Below, in pieces: positions 51,601 to 64,000 of a DNA stretch of 64,000 bases. The number at the start of each line of letters is the position of its first letter. Within the stretch, counting starts at the first letter, position 1. This stretch comes from Gnetum montanum (lineage: Eukaryota; Plantae; Gnetophyta). The stretch is from positions 187,895 to 251,894 of the forward strand of contig MNCI01002172.1 in assembly GCA_015680685.1 (NCBI GenBank), given 5' to 3'. The notes beneath the pieces were generated by a model. It was given only the letters and a program-made list of their open reading frames with translations. It had not been told where the DNA came from and did not search any database. The translations under genes and the position numbers were made by a program.

Positions 51601-52222
51601 CTACTTCATTCTGTAAACTAATATATTTTTAAGAAGAATACTTCGTTGTTATATATTTATAAAAGCAAATTGGGTAGAACATTATTCAAGAAAAAAACAA
51701 GAATTGAACAAATACCACGTAAACAGCCACTACATCAGCAAAATGAATATTTGCACAAGATTTCAGATCATTTTCATTGCAAAAGAAAATGATACAACTG
51801 GGTCTGTTGACTTCTGGTTCCTCAGGGATCCGCTGGCCTACCCAAGAATATAGCCAACTGAATAACGCTTCCATGGGCAAACTTAAATAATTAAAATAAA
51901 ACAAAACGTTCCGTTAGGAGCCTGAAACGCAATTTCCTTAGTATCAAAATTGTTGACATGAGATGATATGTAGCCTCTACTCTCGAACACCTTGGAAACC
52001 TGCTATTCTTGCAATAAACGGTCCTTGCATTCGAGATGGTCCTATCCATTGTTTTTATCCAAAGAAGTTCAAATACAAATACATTGCCAATGCCCAAAAT
52101 CAAACAAGTGACACTAGGATAAGCAATTTCATTAAAAACATGTGTTGGAGCATCAAACGCTGATTGTCACCTCACGTCTGATTCATCAAATGAATAATCA
52201 CTCTGCATATGAAAATAGCCTT

Positions 52223-55200
52223 TTAACATCGATGCAGTGGAGCAGGATATATATTCAACTCCTTATACCGTCCTCGGAAATTTGGTGGAATCACCACTTC
52301 CTGCATTGTTAAAAACCTTTCAATCAGAATTCTTTCAATATAAAGAATCTTGTACAAGAAAACAATGTAACAGTTCTAGTTGCAGATGAGATGTGTTTGG
52401 TATATCACTTTCCAGTTCCCGATCTCTGCTCACGGGTATAAGTTTCCAAGCAATTCTTAGGAACAGGCAAATCTAGATTTAATAATCAACAAAATTTTCT
52501 TTCTACCTATTATCCATCCAAACAAAACAAAAAACCTCTGCCTCATTACAGCAGTTAATCAGTCATTTCCTTCCTGCATTTAACCTTGGTAGAAAAAATT
52601 TTAAAGTTGTATTTTATAATAAGTTAGCCACAAGTCGAGTCCAATTTGGTTGTGCTTCTCCACAAGCATGACTTATATTGCAGTCGTCCAAACTTCGCTT
52701 CTCATTTAGTCAATCAAATTAAGTTCGGTAAGATTTGATCCAATTCATTATCTCATAAACAGTGCACAAGTTGATCCTTCCTCACTTGGAAACACCTGAA
52801 AGCTTTTCGGTTGTATAGCCCACTTCTTTTAAAATAGAAAATACATAACACACGAAGAAGAAAAAAATGGAAAGATTACATGAATGCACCAATGTAATTA
52901 AATTACCAGCCAGAAGAACATAAAATAGCATCAGAAATATCAACTGCAGACGTGTACCTGGCTATCCAAGTTTAGAGCAGGCACGTGCAATAGGTCAGGC
53001 AGCATGACAGGATTCATTGATTTGACAATATTGTCCACATCCTGTAAAAAGCTTAATTTCAATACTGACTGTTCCGGGATATTCAGTTAATAACAAACTC
53101 CAATGCCAACCCTTCGAAATAGCATCTAAGAAAAGATTCAAAACTAGTATGGCTTCGTATTATAAGAAGCAGAAATTCTCGCAAAATTCTCCACATCTAA
53201 AAGATGTTTGTCAGGTTTCAGCATTGATTACAAAAATGGATATTAAAAGACACTTAAGAAAGTAAATTCAATATAAGCATGGGTACCTCCCCAGAAATTT
53301 TTGAACGATGTAGAAGCTCTTCAATCAATCTATCTAAGATATGCCTGTTGTTCTGTAAAGCTTCCAAAGCTGCCTCTTCTGTTTCTTTAATATACTACAT
53401 AAACAATAATTCACGGTAAAATTCCTATAAGTATGCATTTTTAAAAAATGGGATGTATTTCCTACTTTTAGTAGCCTAAACCTCCTATCATGTGTTAGAA
53501 CTTCATAGAATACGAACTAACAATTAGAAAGAAACAATATGAAAAGTACAAAAACAAAAAACAAAAACAAAAACATATCATATTATAGTCCGCCATATCA
53601 AAACAATCCTATAGAGCCTATGTTAGACCTTAATAAACATCTCATTTATCTATTTGATTTCTCATAATCCAAATTTTGTTTCAAGGTTGCCTCGATGTAA
53701 ACCTTCAACAACTGACTTACACATTACTGGTTACAACAAAATTTGAACGAGTAAGAACAAGAATAAACAATCCGACGGAACAAATGAAAAGCTTACCCTT
53801 GTTACTTCTCGAGTAAATAGTTCTGAAAGCTCTACTGACATATGAGCCTTTCGATCTGCTTCCCTCCACTGGAAATGCAATTGAAATTCTCAGAAGAATG
53901 CCCGTGAGACAGCAAAAACATTGCATTGCTTTACTGACTGATATACCTCATTTTTATTCAAGCCTGCTTCAGGGTCATCGTATGAAATTTGAAATGGAGG
54001 TTTATATTTGCCAGTCCATGTCATGCGTAATAAGCCCAACCGTGGATTGCCAGGACTTATTACCAATTCTCGGGCAGTCTGAAAATCAAAAAAGGAAAAT
54101 GAACTTTTAGAAGTTACAACATAAGATGCATATAAAAATATTGTATGCTTCCATGCACATCTTCTACAGCCTCTGAACAATCGGGGATGTTAAAATGCAA
54201 TAGAACCATTCAAAATTGACATAAGTGGTACCCAAAATAAGAATCAAAGCTTAGGCTTATTTTAGTGAGAATGCAATTAAGCATTTCAAAACAAATTTGA
54301 AAACAGTCAAACGCATCAAAAACTGCTTTTTCCACTTGGATATCAGGTTCATATAGAATGGAATAGAATGCAAGAGGGTTTACAGAGACCTGAGAGAAAA
54401 GAAGAGACATCGTAACAAAATTAAATAAATTCATTTATGAAGTGAGGGAGAAAGATAATACTCTGGATATGTTAGCGAGATCATCATAACCTTGATCACT
54501 TATATCATTGAATATTATTTTTTCCGCACATCGTCCTCCATGTGCAACTATCATCTGCATTTTTAAATAACCGACCGTTGGATACCCTTTCTGCAACATT
54601 TCCTCCCTAGGATAATACAAGCTTAACACATCCTCCTGCAAACAAGCTTTAAATTAATAACACTAAATGGTAATACTAAAATCAGCTGTAAAATGTAGTA
54701 TAGTTTCCAAAGCAGGTGTGCTAACTTAGTTTAGACAAAAGTAAAGAATTTCACTTATCGCTAAATGTGGCTTAAGAGGATAAAAATATATTTATATGTT
54801 ACAAATGCAAACCGCTGTGTAAATTTAATATAGGAACATGACAGATAATTATGTAGCTTTGAAATGAAATGCAGAGCAAAGAGATACCCATAGCAGGATA
54901 AACATTGCAATGCTTCAAGAATATGGACTAGTTTAGGCATGCCTGTGTATCTAGCATTTTGAAAAAGAATACAAAAATAGCATTCTGATCTTTACCTCTG
55001 CACCAGGAAACATGAAGGTAAATGCATGGTAGTCAAAACGTGGAAAGAGATGTGCTAAGAGAATATGACCAGATTCATGCACTGCCAGTAGCTTCCTGTT
55101 CTCAATAGGAACCTGAAATTTTTACAACAAAACAAAAAAGTAAGAAGAATGAGAATGTGGGACCCTTGTCAAATATATCTTTGCAAATTGAAATATGATA

Positions 55201-56829
55201 TGAATCAAAAATGAGAATATATTTAGCAAAGAAATGCAGCACAAAAGCTGCCTACAGACATTTTCTTCGAAGTTGCGCTGCTCCTGTTCAGTCAGTAAGA
55301 TTCCACAGCTTTCAAATAACTCCTTATCCAAGGCATCAACAATATCCTGCTGAGATACTTCTCTTTTCCCCTTGCGTGCCTGAAGTAGTTAAGTAATACA
55401 AAATAATACTTTAAAAATCAGTGATTTAAAACTTGACAAAAACAACTTTCAGCTTCTTCAAAAAATTGGAAAATTTAAGGTCAACAAACATTCCAAGAAA
55501 AGCTAACGAAAAAAAAAAGCAACAAGTTTAAAAGAAAATGCTTTAAAAGTTTCATATTTTGCACATCATACAAATATGCATAACAAACAGACCGCATAAG
55601 TAAACATACAGAAACATATTTAAAAATAGCATAATCCATATATAAAGTTGCAAACAATATTAATATAAGTTTAAAAAGTGCTACGAATCATTTATCTAAA
55701 ATATCATAATTAAAGAAAGTCATAATAAAATGTGTTATATTAATGTCTAGCTTTAAAATGTTCATACTATATAAAACATAGTCCAGCATTACTGCACACG
55801 CTCTAGCAATGTTGAATGCATAGAATGTGGAATGCTAATTTCTTTTCATTTTATATGCTTCACTTTCTATAACTTTTAATAATCCAGGTAGTTCAATGAG
55901 CTTAAATTAAATTTTGTTTACCTGTAATTAAAATTGATTATAATTTAATATTTTATGATGAAGAATTTGATTTTGAAGTTTTTTCATCTGAAATAAACTA
56001 TAACTATTTTATTATATTGTTCAGGAATAATTTTTCAAACAAAAAAGTTCATTTTTTTGGCTAACCTTATGGGAAAACCAGTTATGCTACTTTTCCGAAA
56101 AATTAACCCAAAAAATACACTAAATTCGTGACTTTTTTAGTAATTTCTCCCCAAAGTAGTGAAAAATCACATGCTTTTTAATCATTGTTAAAAATGAAAC
56201 AGCACCCTAGAAAACACATTAATATACATTCATCATCCAGTACTAAGGTTGCTGTCACTAGAATTCTTGTAAAAGTCTATTTACAATAAACTCCCAAGTA
56301 ATTTCTGCCTGTACCATATACATGCACATATAGACATATAGATAGACACAACTCCACACAGATGCACTACTGATACTAGATACACAGTATCTCACAATAG
56401 GAAAACCAAATTCCAGCATAGGAGAGCTAGGATCTTAGGTTAGACATGCATAGTGAAAGAAGCTTAATAACACAAGAATGATTCCAAATGTATTCTGACA
56501 AGTAATGAAAGCTAAAATCGCATTTTGCTTCTTTGTCTATCTGCAGCACAGTGTCAGATCAATTTCTCAATGAAACTAGGCATTGCCTAAAACTGTGGTG
56601 GATTTGGCCATGTTATAGGACTAGCATGGTGGTCATACTTTAATATTTGTTTTTTTAAGAAAAAAGAGGGTTTCGCTAACATTATTGCTGATTATTTGGA
56701 ATGGATGGCTAAAAGAAAGTAAATCCATCAAACAGCTAGAACTGTGCTATCACTGTTGCTTTAGGATTTCACATAAATTGAGGCACTCATCAAAAGTTAG
56801 AAAGGAATTAAGGTGGAAGAACGTTCCAT

Positions 56830-56860
<31 letters not shown>

Positions 56861-59800
56861 TATTATTTAAAGTTTGTGGTGTAAACTTCATTGTAGGTGC
56901 AGTGATCCAACCATTGTATAGACAGGGATTTCCCTTGTTGTCTATATATAAATAAACAATAAAAGTCATGATACATACACATCGCATGGGAATTATAGCT
57001 TCCTTAAATTTGATGCAGGAATATCATTAATTCATTGGCATGAAACACCTCAAAGCTTCCACAGCCCTCAAAGCTTCCACAGCAGATGCACAATATGATA
57101 TCAAATATCTCAAACATGAGCTGCAAGGACTAAGCTACGAACCTATTTAAGAGCATGTTTCCTAGATATAGGTCTGTCAGCCAATGGTAACGATCACCAA
57201 CGACTACTGGAACTGCCAAACGTAACTAGACTGGTAACCTTGCAAGTATTTTGAGACAATAGCATATAAGCATGGGCTGAACCTTAATTAATGAATCCGT
57301 AATTAATTGGGAGAACCCATCGGTATATTTGAATATGATCACAGATGGAAACCCAGTTCTACCAACTTGGCAACAGCTAGTCAGCTTCAACATGTCGGGA
57401 TGCCAAATGACCGTTGATGATGAAAGGCCACTAGAAAGATTTTGGCTTGAAAGAGAAAACAAGGGTTGGCAAGAGAGTCATCATTTGCAAGGGGCAGGGC
57501 CCCAATGTGTATACACAAAACAGAACATGAGGAGAAAGTCTCTTAGCCTACTCAACCATCAAGCTAAAGGCTCATGGACCTGGTAAACATTCAGAATGCC
57601 TCTCAAGTTTTCATTATCTCCTTGGGAAGAGGAACACGACTGATGGCATATATTAGATGAACTCGTGTTCAGGCTGTTGGTGATCTAACTGATGGCACGT
57701 TAGAGGGCTGTGCCTCTCGTAGGTGAGGAATTTGGGTGGCAACGTGATGCATGCCTCGCTTATAGTTGTCAATCTGCGTCACAAACAAAACATAGCATTG
57801 CAAACATAACAATTGAATGATAATACAATAACACACTACTGAAAATTATGCAAAATTCAGGAATGCACAAGATATTATCTGTTTATGAAAAATGTATGAT
57901 AAAATATAATCATTCAAATAACAACCGTTTCACTAGAGTACCAAGGTTAAAGTACTAAACTATATCAAACCGAATATTGTTAGCAAACTTTGGTAAATGG
58001 CCTAAAGAGTTTTCTTAGTGACGCAAAGTAAAGTCAGGGTGAATATGAATATCTTTAACAAAACTGTAGCATTCTTTCCGAGAATAATACCTGATAACTT
58101 CTTAAAAAATTTAGGAGTTCTCAATTAAACATTCTTGCACCTTTCATATGCTTGGCCACTCACTGAATTAAACAGGCATGCATCTGATTGGGATTTCTTT
58201 AATAATCACCTATACACTTTGATACACTCAACTTCTAACAAGAAGGAAATTGTCTTGATATTACATGTAATACTTGCTTAAAAATAGTATATATCGTAAG
58301 CATTTTCTTAACAGCCATAAAAGGATTAACGCTACCAATTCATTCTATGATTCAAATTTGCAAACATACTTTGGCATATCATGGACTACATATAAAAGCT
58401 GTAGACTATTACAAGAAGAAATAACGGATCATTGACATAAAACTTACTGCTAATATGCTAGCCTCATTAACAAGACCTCTTATATCTGCTCCAGTAAATC
58501 CAGACGTACGAAATGCGACCTGCAGGAGTACAAAGAAATTGCATGCTAATTAACCCACAAAACAACAAAATACATAAAGAAATAAAAAAGGAAACTTTCA
58601 ATGGAGTGTCCTATTGAACATGAAACACACCTTGCTGAAATCAACATCCTTTGCTAGTGGCTTCCTTTTAGCATGAACAGAAAAAATCGAAATACGCTCC
58701 TTCTCCCCAGGAAAGCCTATAGAAACTTCACGATCTACGTACCCTGATTGCATAAAACGTCTATCCAGTTCTTCAGGCCGGTTGGTAGCATAGAATACCA
58801 TAACTCCATGACTTGAATACTGTTGAGTGTCTACGACTCTTGTCATAACACTAGAACAGAAAATCGGTCGGAAAAATGAGAAATTCTATTTAATGACTAT
58901 ATTCACATTAGTAAGAATCCACGGGTTAGATGCCTTCAAGTCTATATTCAATGATTGTATATCACAGCATTATCAATGACAAGTATTGTTACTTCCACTA
59001 TCTTAGCTTTGCACTTACATCTTTGTAATCGATATTCTTTTTAATCCAGTTGCATTTCCTACCATTTTGATGAAATCACAAAGGATACACTACAACATGA
59101 TTCTTATATAACCAACGAGGACATACCTTCCACAAGCAACCATCTATGGATGAGAGAAAATGCATATTGACAATGGGGATTTAGTTTCCTAAAAGGACTC
59201 ATAGATCAGTTTATTTGGTGCACCTAAGATTAGTACCTCACGGATATTTATGACAAAAAAGGTTACTCAGAATCCAAATACTTGTTAGAAGTTAAAACAT
59301 ATTTTCAAACACAGGAAAATTATAGTAGGAATTCTAAAATTTTACCAAAATTTTTCAATGCACCTGAAGAAAAATATCGTTATCACAAAAATATAAACTG
59401 TTTTTCCAACAAAGCAAATATAAATTGCTTAAAATAAGTAAAACACCTTGCAGAGTATCAAAAGCTCAGCACATACTTGTTATCCAATTCATTTAGCAGT
59501 TGATCAAAGGCAAATTTTCGCATAGGATCATCACTGATATTTTTTCCAGCCAGTGCATCAATTTCATCAATGAAGATAAACGCTGGACCCTGTAAAAAAC
59601 AAGCTGAATACAACAATTAGAACATATTTATTCAATTCAACGTAGTTATTAGCTTACCAGCATAAATTGTATACATATTTAAACCATCCCGTAAAAAGCA
59701 GAAAAGCTTTAAAATGGAGATTGTCAATTGATAAATTCTGCACTGCAAAAAGTTCAAAGATCAAAAGAGAATATCTTCAAGGCAAGGTAGTAAGACCTTT

Positions 59801-62800
59801 CCATATCCTGGTTGGCTGCATCATATTGATAAATATTATGATGCAGACTTGAAAAAATGGAATAAAAACCATCTGAAGAATGGTATCTATTTTGATACAC
59901 AAAATCTTTGCAAAGCACATATTAGGATACAAATCAAATTCATACGTCAAGCAGATATATTATGCCCCACATGTTAAAAATTACAATGGCCTAACTGAAT
60001 TAGGGTTCCTTTGTAATCTAAGAGAGAAGCTAAAACTACAATTAGGATACCAAACTAACAGAGATAATGAGATGGAGCCAAAATTAAATTTGCAAGAAGT
60101 GTACCCAGCGGAAAGCTCACAGGAACCCCATAAAATAGTTTACCTCTTAAAGCTTTAAGATCTTAAATAATAATAATACGCTGCATCAAGCAGCCCAAGA
60201 ACATGCTTATCTAGATGGAGTGCACAATTTAGATGGAATGCTGGAGGGTAGAATGATTGTGCTTCAACTTCATTAAGCAGGTTTTTATTTCAACTTCAAT
60301 TTCGAATGACATGTACACACAAGTTTCCCAACACTGATGCTTCATCCTTGTGCTTTTACAATACTTATAGTAGTTGTAAGAATGCTACCAAATTGGGATT
60401 CCCTGCAATCTCTGGCTTGATTCCAGAAACCAATATTAGAACCACATCCACTTTGCAATTCCAGGGAAATAATGACACATGCTAGATTAACAATTGTTTG
60501 GAATAATGCTTTTGTTGTAATTTTAATTATAATTCGTTTACCATATATAAAGCATTCTACTATGTCCACGTGGATGCCATTGGGATCATTGGTCATAATT
60601 TACTCAGACATTTCCTTTAAACATTCCTGTGTATCATATGTAACCTACTGAAATTGAACCTGTGACTTGTGAAATGCAAGTCACAAGTCTTATTAACAAG
60701 CTACATCTATTTGACAGTTTTGAAATTCTGACAGGTTACTATATTCTTCTAGATTGGTTTTGAAATCTAGCAAACCAACATGGAAATTTAACCTTTTTAT
60801 TTTTCTCATGGTACTAACAGAAATATGAAATACAAATGCTTCACACATACCAAATACATGAAATAATATGAGCATACCCATTTCCTGGCAGCGCAAAATA
60901 ACTCTCCAACCCAGTCAACTCCATAGAAAGGATCTGATAAATCAGCACCTGAAACAAAAAATACAGGATAACCGCTTTCCTTTGCTATTGTGAGCACCAA
61001 ATGAGTTTTCCCGGTGCCAGGTGGCCCGCTAATCAAGACACCCTGTGAATTAAAAAATACCATTACTTTACCTCTTCACAAACAGGTGACATTAAACTTG
61101 TATATTAAAAAGACGGTATAAACCTAAGGACCAGAAACATTAGATAATAATAATAACTAGTCAAATCTAAATAGGGATAAGAATCATAAGGGAATACCCG
61201 AGGAATTGTTGCTCCTTTTTCATGCAACTTCTCAGCATTTTTCATAAATGTCATAATCTCCTCTAGCAACACCCACACATCTCCCCCAAAAACGGTATTA
61301 CCATAGCCAGCCAATTCTCTGTCCCGGGCAGTTTTCAGCTGCATTTAATGAGAACAATGATCAATGATACTTCAGTGGCTTCTAGTAAAAGAATATATAA
61401 GCATTTCGTCAATGATTGAACTCCTCAAAAGTTTTAGCAAAAATTATTCTAAAATCATCATGCCCATGATCAATAAGAAAATAGTTGAAATATCTTATGT
61501 ACGACTATGAATAGTATGGAAGGACAAAGAGCTCTGTGATTCACCTTTTCTGGTTTGGGCTCCCTCCGCGTTAAAAATTTAGGAAAATATAAACTGTTTG
61601 TCATCTTTATTACATTTGTTATGTGGCCAAGGTACCACATAAATATCAAAGCCGGAGCTAAAACTGCGCAACCACGAAGAAGATAGTAAAGAACGCTTCT
61701 TGTAAAGGTATCAGTTTCCACACCGCACCGTTCAAGCAACTCAAAGATATATGGATCCACTGGCATGTCAACCTAAACCAATATAGTTACAATTTCAGAA
61801 AAATACCCTTTTTAATGGTTTTGTGACAAAATAATTGAAGTCTTGAAAAAAATTTTAAAAGGATGAAAATTAGTATATAATAGAAACTTATATAAACTAT
61901 ATTTAAATTACACAGCCACTACATTCAAACATATTCGTTAATATATTTTAACGGAAATGGAGCATACAATATATTCAGACGGAAATCCTTCTTTCATTAT
62001 CACATAAACCTTCCTCAGATCTTCCGTAAAAACTGCTGCTTCAACCTGCAAATGGGCAAGCATTCGCATGTGAAATCATGAGAGCTAAAACCAAACACTA
62101 TTAATATCTAATTTTCAAGAGCATGTCAAAATTTTACTAGAGTACACACTAAATGAGCAACTCCCTTTAAAGTTAATACGCCATCATCCATAAAATTAAG
62201 TCACCTCCAAGGATTCAATTTTCTCAAGAAAATATGTGTAAGGTAGCTTTGGACGATATTGCCACCATCTTTTAGAAATCCATTCACCCCTGCGGCGTTT
62301 GGCATCATATTTCTTTCGTTCTTGGTCCTTAAGGTAATTTTCTTTCATCTCTTTCCAATCAAAAACAACCACATATTTGGAGGTCAGCGCATTAACATCC
62401 TCCTCCCACTTTTCCTTGTCAAGAATTTGTTTCCATTTTGTAAGCCTTTCCTGCCATGTTCCTCTAGGAGTCATTTGCTGTTCGGCCACATCCCCTGGAA
62501 GGAAAACTAATTCTCTAGTAACAATTGCCAAAAAGGAAAATAAAGTTGATTCAACAACTAAACCCCTAATAAAGAAATATCAAACATAAAAAAGAAAAGA
62601 AGGCCTTAACTTATATTATCATGTGGCAGTAGCCTGGATTATACCCCATGTCTAAGAAAACAAATACAGAGTAGCCTAAGATCTCTTTATTATTTAAAAC
62701 AAATATAAGTAAAGCAGTGAAATTACAAAAAAAATCGTTAAAAATATCTAAAATAATTTACTGAACTGAGCAATAATAGCTCCAACACATACATTTTAAG

Positions 62801-63808
62801 TAATTAAACTCAAACAAATGGATTGTAACTGATACCAAAACTGGGAAAGGATAAATTTCAAGATGATTCAAAAACAAAAATATTGACCTCTTAGAGATAG
62901 TGCATCATTTGAATTTCTACTTTCTGCTTCCACACGCTTGAGATCCGTTCCGACAACCTTTTCTGTTTCTGATGTAAGTTGTTTTGGATCATCATCTTCC
63001 CAGGCAGTTTCACCAACATATGAATCACAATGATGATAGCTTCCATCAGGTCCAAGAATATACTTCTTTACTTTTAGACCTTCAGGCATGTATGTTCTCC
63101 AAAGAGCTTTCTTCAGCCTTGAAGAATCCAAAAAAAAAAAAAAACAAAATTGATCATGTTAGTGGTTAGACAGATCCAGATAAATAAATCATAGAGAAAT
63201 GAAAATTGGCATGCAACTAAAATATACCGAAAAGAAAATACAAAAAAGTAGTTAAAAGGGCTTGAAGCAAGCACAGTGGTCTGAAGCAATAAGTTTCCTC
63301 CTAAAATATGAAAGTCATGTGATAAGCATTTAAATAAACATCACTGGCACTGCCAATTTATTCTTTTCATTGTAAAAGAAAAGCTCTCATTATAAAGAGC
63401 TCATCCACGTAGAGAACATTGGATTGGAACTCAAAATCAAAAGAACCGAACTGTTAAATAATGTGTGTATTGAAGATAGAAATAACTTGTCCAAGGCATT
63501 GCCTAATAGGTAGCTTTAGCCAATTAATGTCCATTTTGAAACTTCATGCTGCAAAATGCAAATATTTCACCTCTGCAAGACTACTTATTATACAAATTTA
63601 GCCCAGAATATTTATAATACCTTCTAACATTGCTAGGAGTTGGATCAGGAATTACTGCTTCCATGTAAGATTCTGCAATTTTGTTGATATTCTTTTGTAC
63701 TGCAAATCTCCTGTGAAAGCCTAAATATACTCGTTGAAATAAAGTAGCAGTGGCAATCAAGTAAAGAAGCAGAACTCCCCAGCGTCTTAGCTCCCAGCTA
63801 TTAAACTT
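52223..63808 (-). CDS. FTSH12: FtsH12-like chloroplast AAA+ zinc metalloprotease (5' end beyond the window)
   Basis: 18 GT-AG exons: 63808-63621, 63117-62888, 62494-62205, 62045-61968, 61772-61545, 61338-61198, 61042-60878, 59589-59477, 58850-58631, 58519-58448, 55379-55260, 55112-54996, 54635-54462, 54078-53947, 53868-53797, 53394-53287, 53041-52958, 52300-52223. Motifs WISKRWWQYRPKLPYTYFL, GPPGTGKT, FIFIDEID, HESGH, MIVAHGGRCAE and C-terminal IYPAPLHRC* are characteristic of FtsH12. Confidence 0.92.
56831..56860. repeat. Compound (TG)n(AG)n microsatellite in an FtsH12 intron
   Basis: tgtgtgtgtgtgtgagagagagagagagag. Confidence 0.85.
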
Positions 63809-64000
63809 CTGTTATAGGCCAACAGGGAAGATTAAATATTACCAAAGCTCAGTGCACTAAAAACGTCACCACTACTCAGTAGAGAACAGAATCTGCAATA
63901 AACCAGCAATCCTCCTAAAGCTAACAAATGATAAACAACATAGCAATTCAATTGACACAAAATATAAGCCATAAATAACTCATTGCATGCCAACAATAAA

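Noticed and set aside
57130-57780. GC-richer stretch with short ORFs in the long FtsH12 intron
   Set aside because: The flanking exons join in frame without it. It may be an old TE remnant, but no motif is recognisable.

Overview
Land-plant nuclear DNA; the species cannot be determined from the window. Positions 1 to about 40 kb are a deeply nested transposon island. It holds three related Athila-type Ty3/gypsy elements: a 3' half at 1-3027, an old minus-strand copy at 18205-~37240, and a near-complete copy at 25923-36692 with an AGGAG TSD and tRNA-Asp PBS. It also holds an old Copia host interrupted by a complete younger Copia (10588-15957, TSD AATAA) and by a solo LTR, a chromovirus fragment, and an RTE LINE fragment split by a solo Athila LTR. 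An AT-rich block at 3.0-9.1 kb, mostly missed by the ORF track, carries a decayed 7-exon LONELY GUY (LOG) cytokinin-activating gene, a Florendovirus-ORF2-like remnant and a duplicated unknown protein module. Positions 40-64 kb are genic: a very GC-rich two-exon PB1-domain gene and an FtsH12-like chloroplast AAA protease (18 exons visible) that has lost both SRH arginines. The most interesting signals are (i) the LOG plus virus-like cargo block, (ii) an Athila accessory unit between pol and the 3' LTR with repeated PPT copies, a conserved branch point/TGCAG|ATG splice acceptor and a long coiled-coil ORF, (iii) family-specific 65-nt hairpin modules in one LTR, and (iv) the arginine-finger-less FtsH12. 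All alignments were done by eye and no databases were searched.
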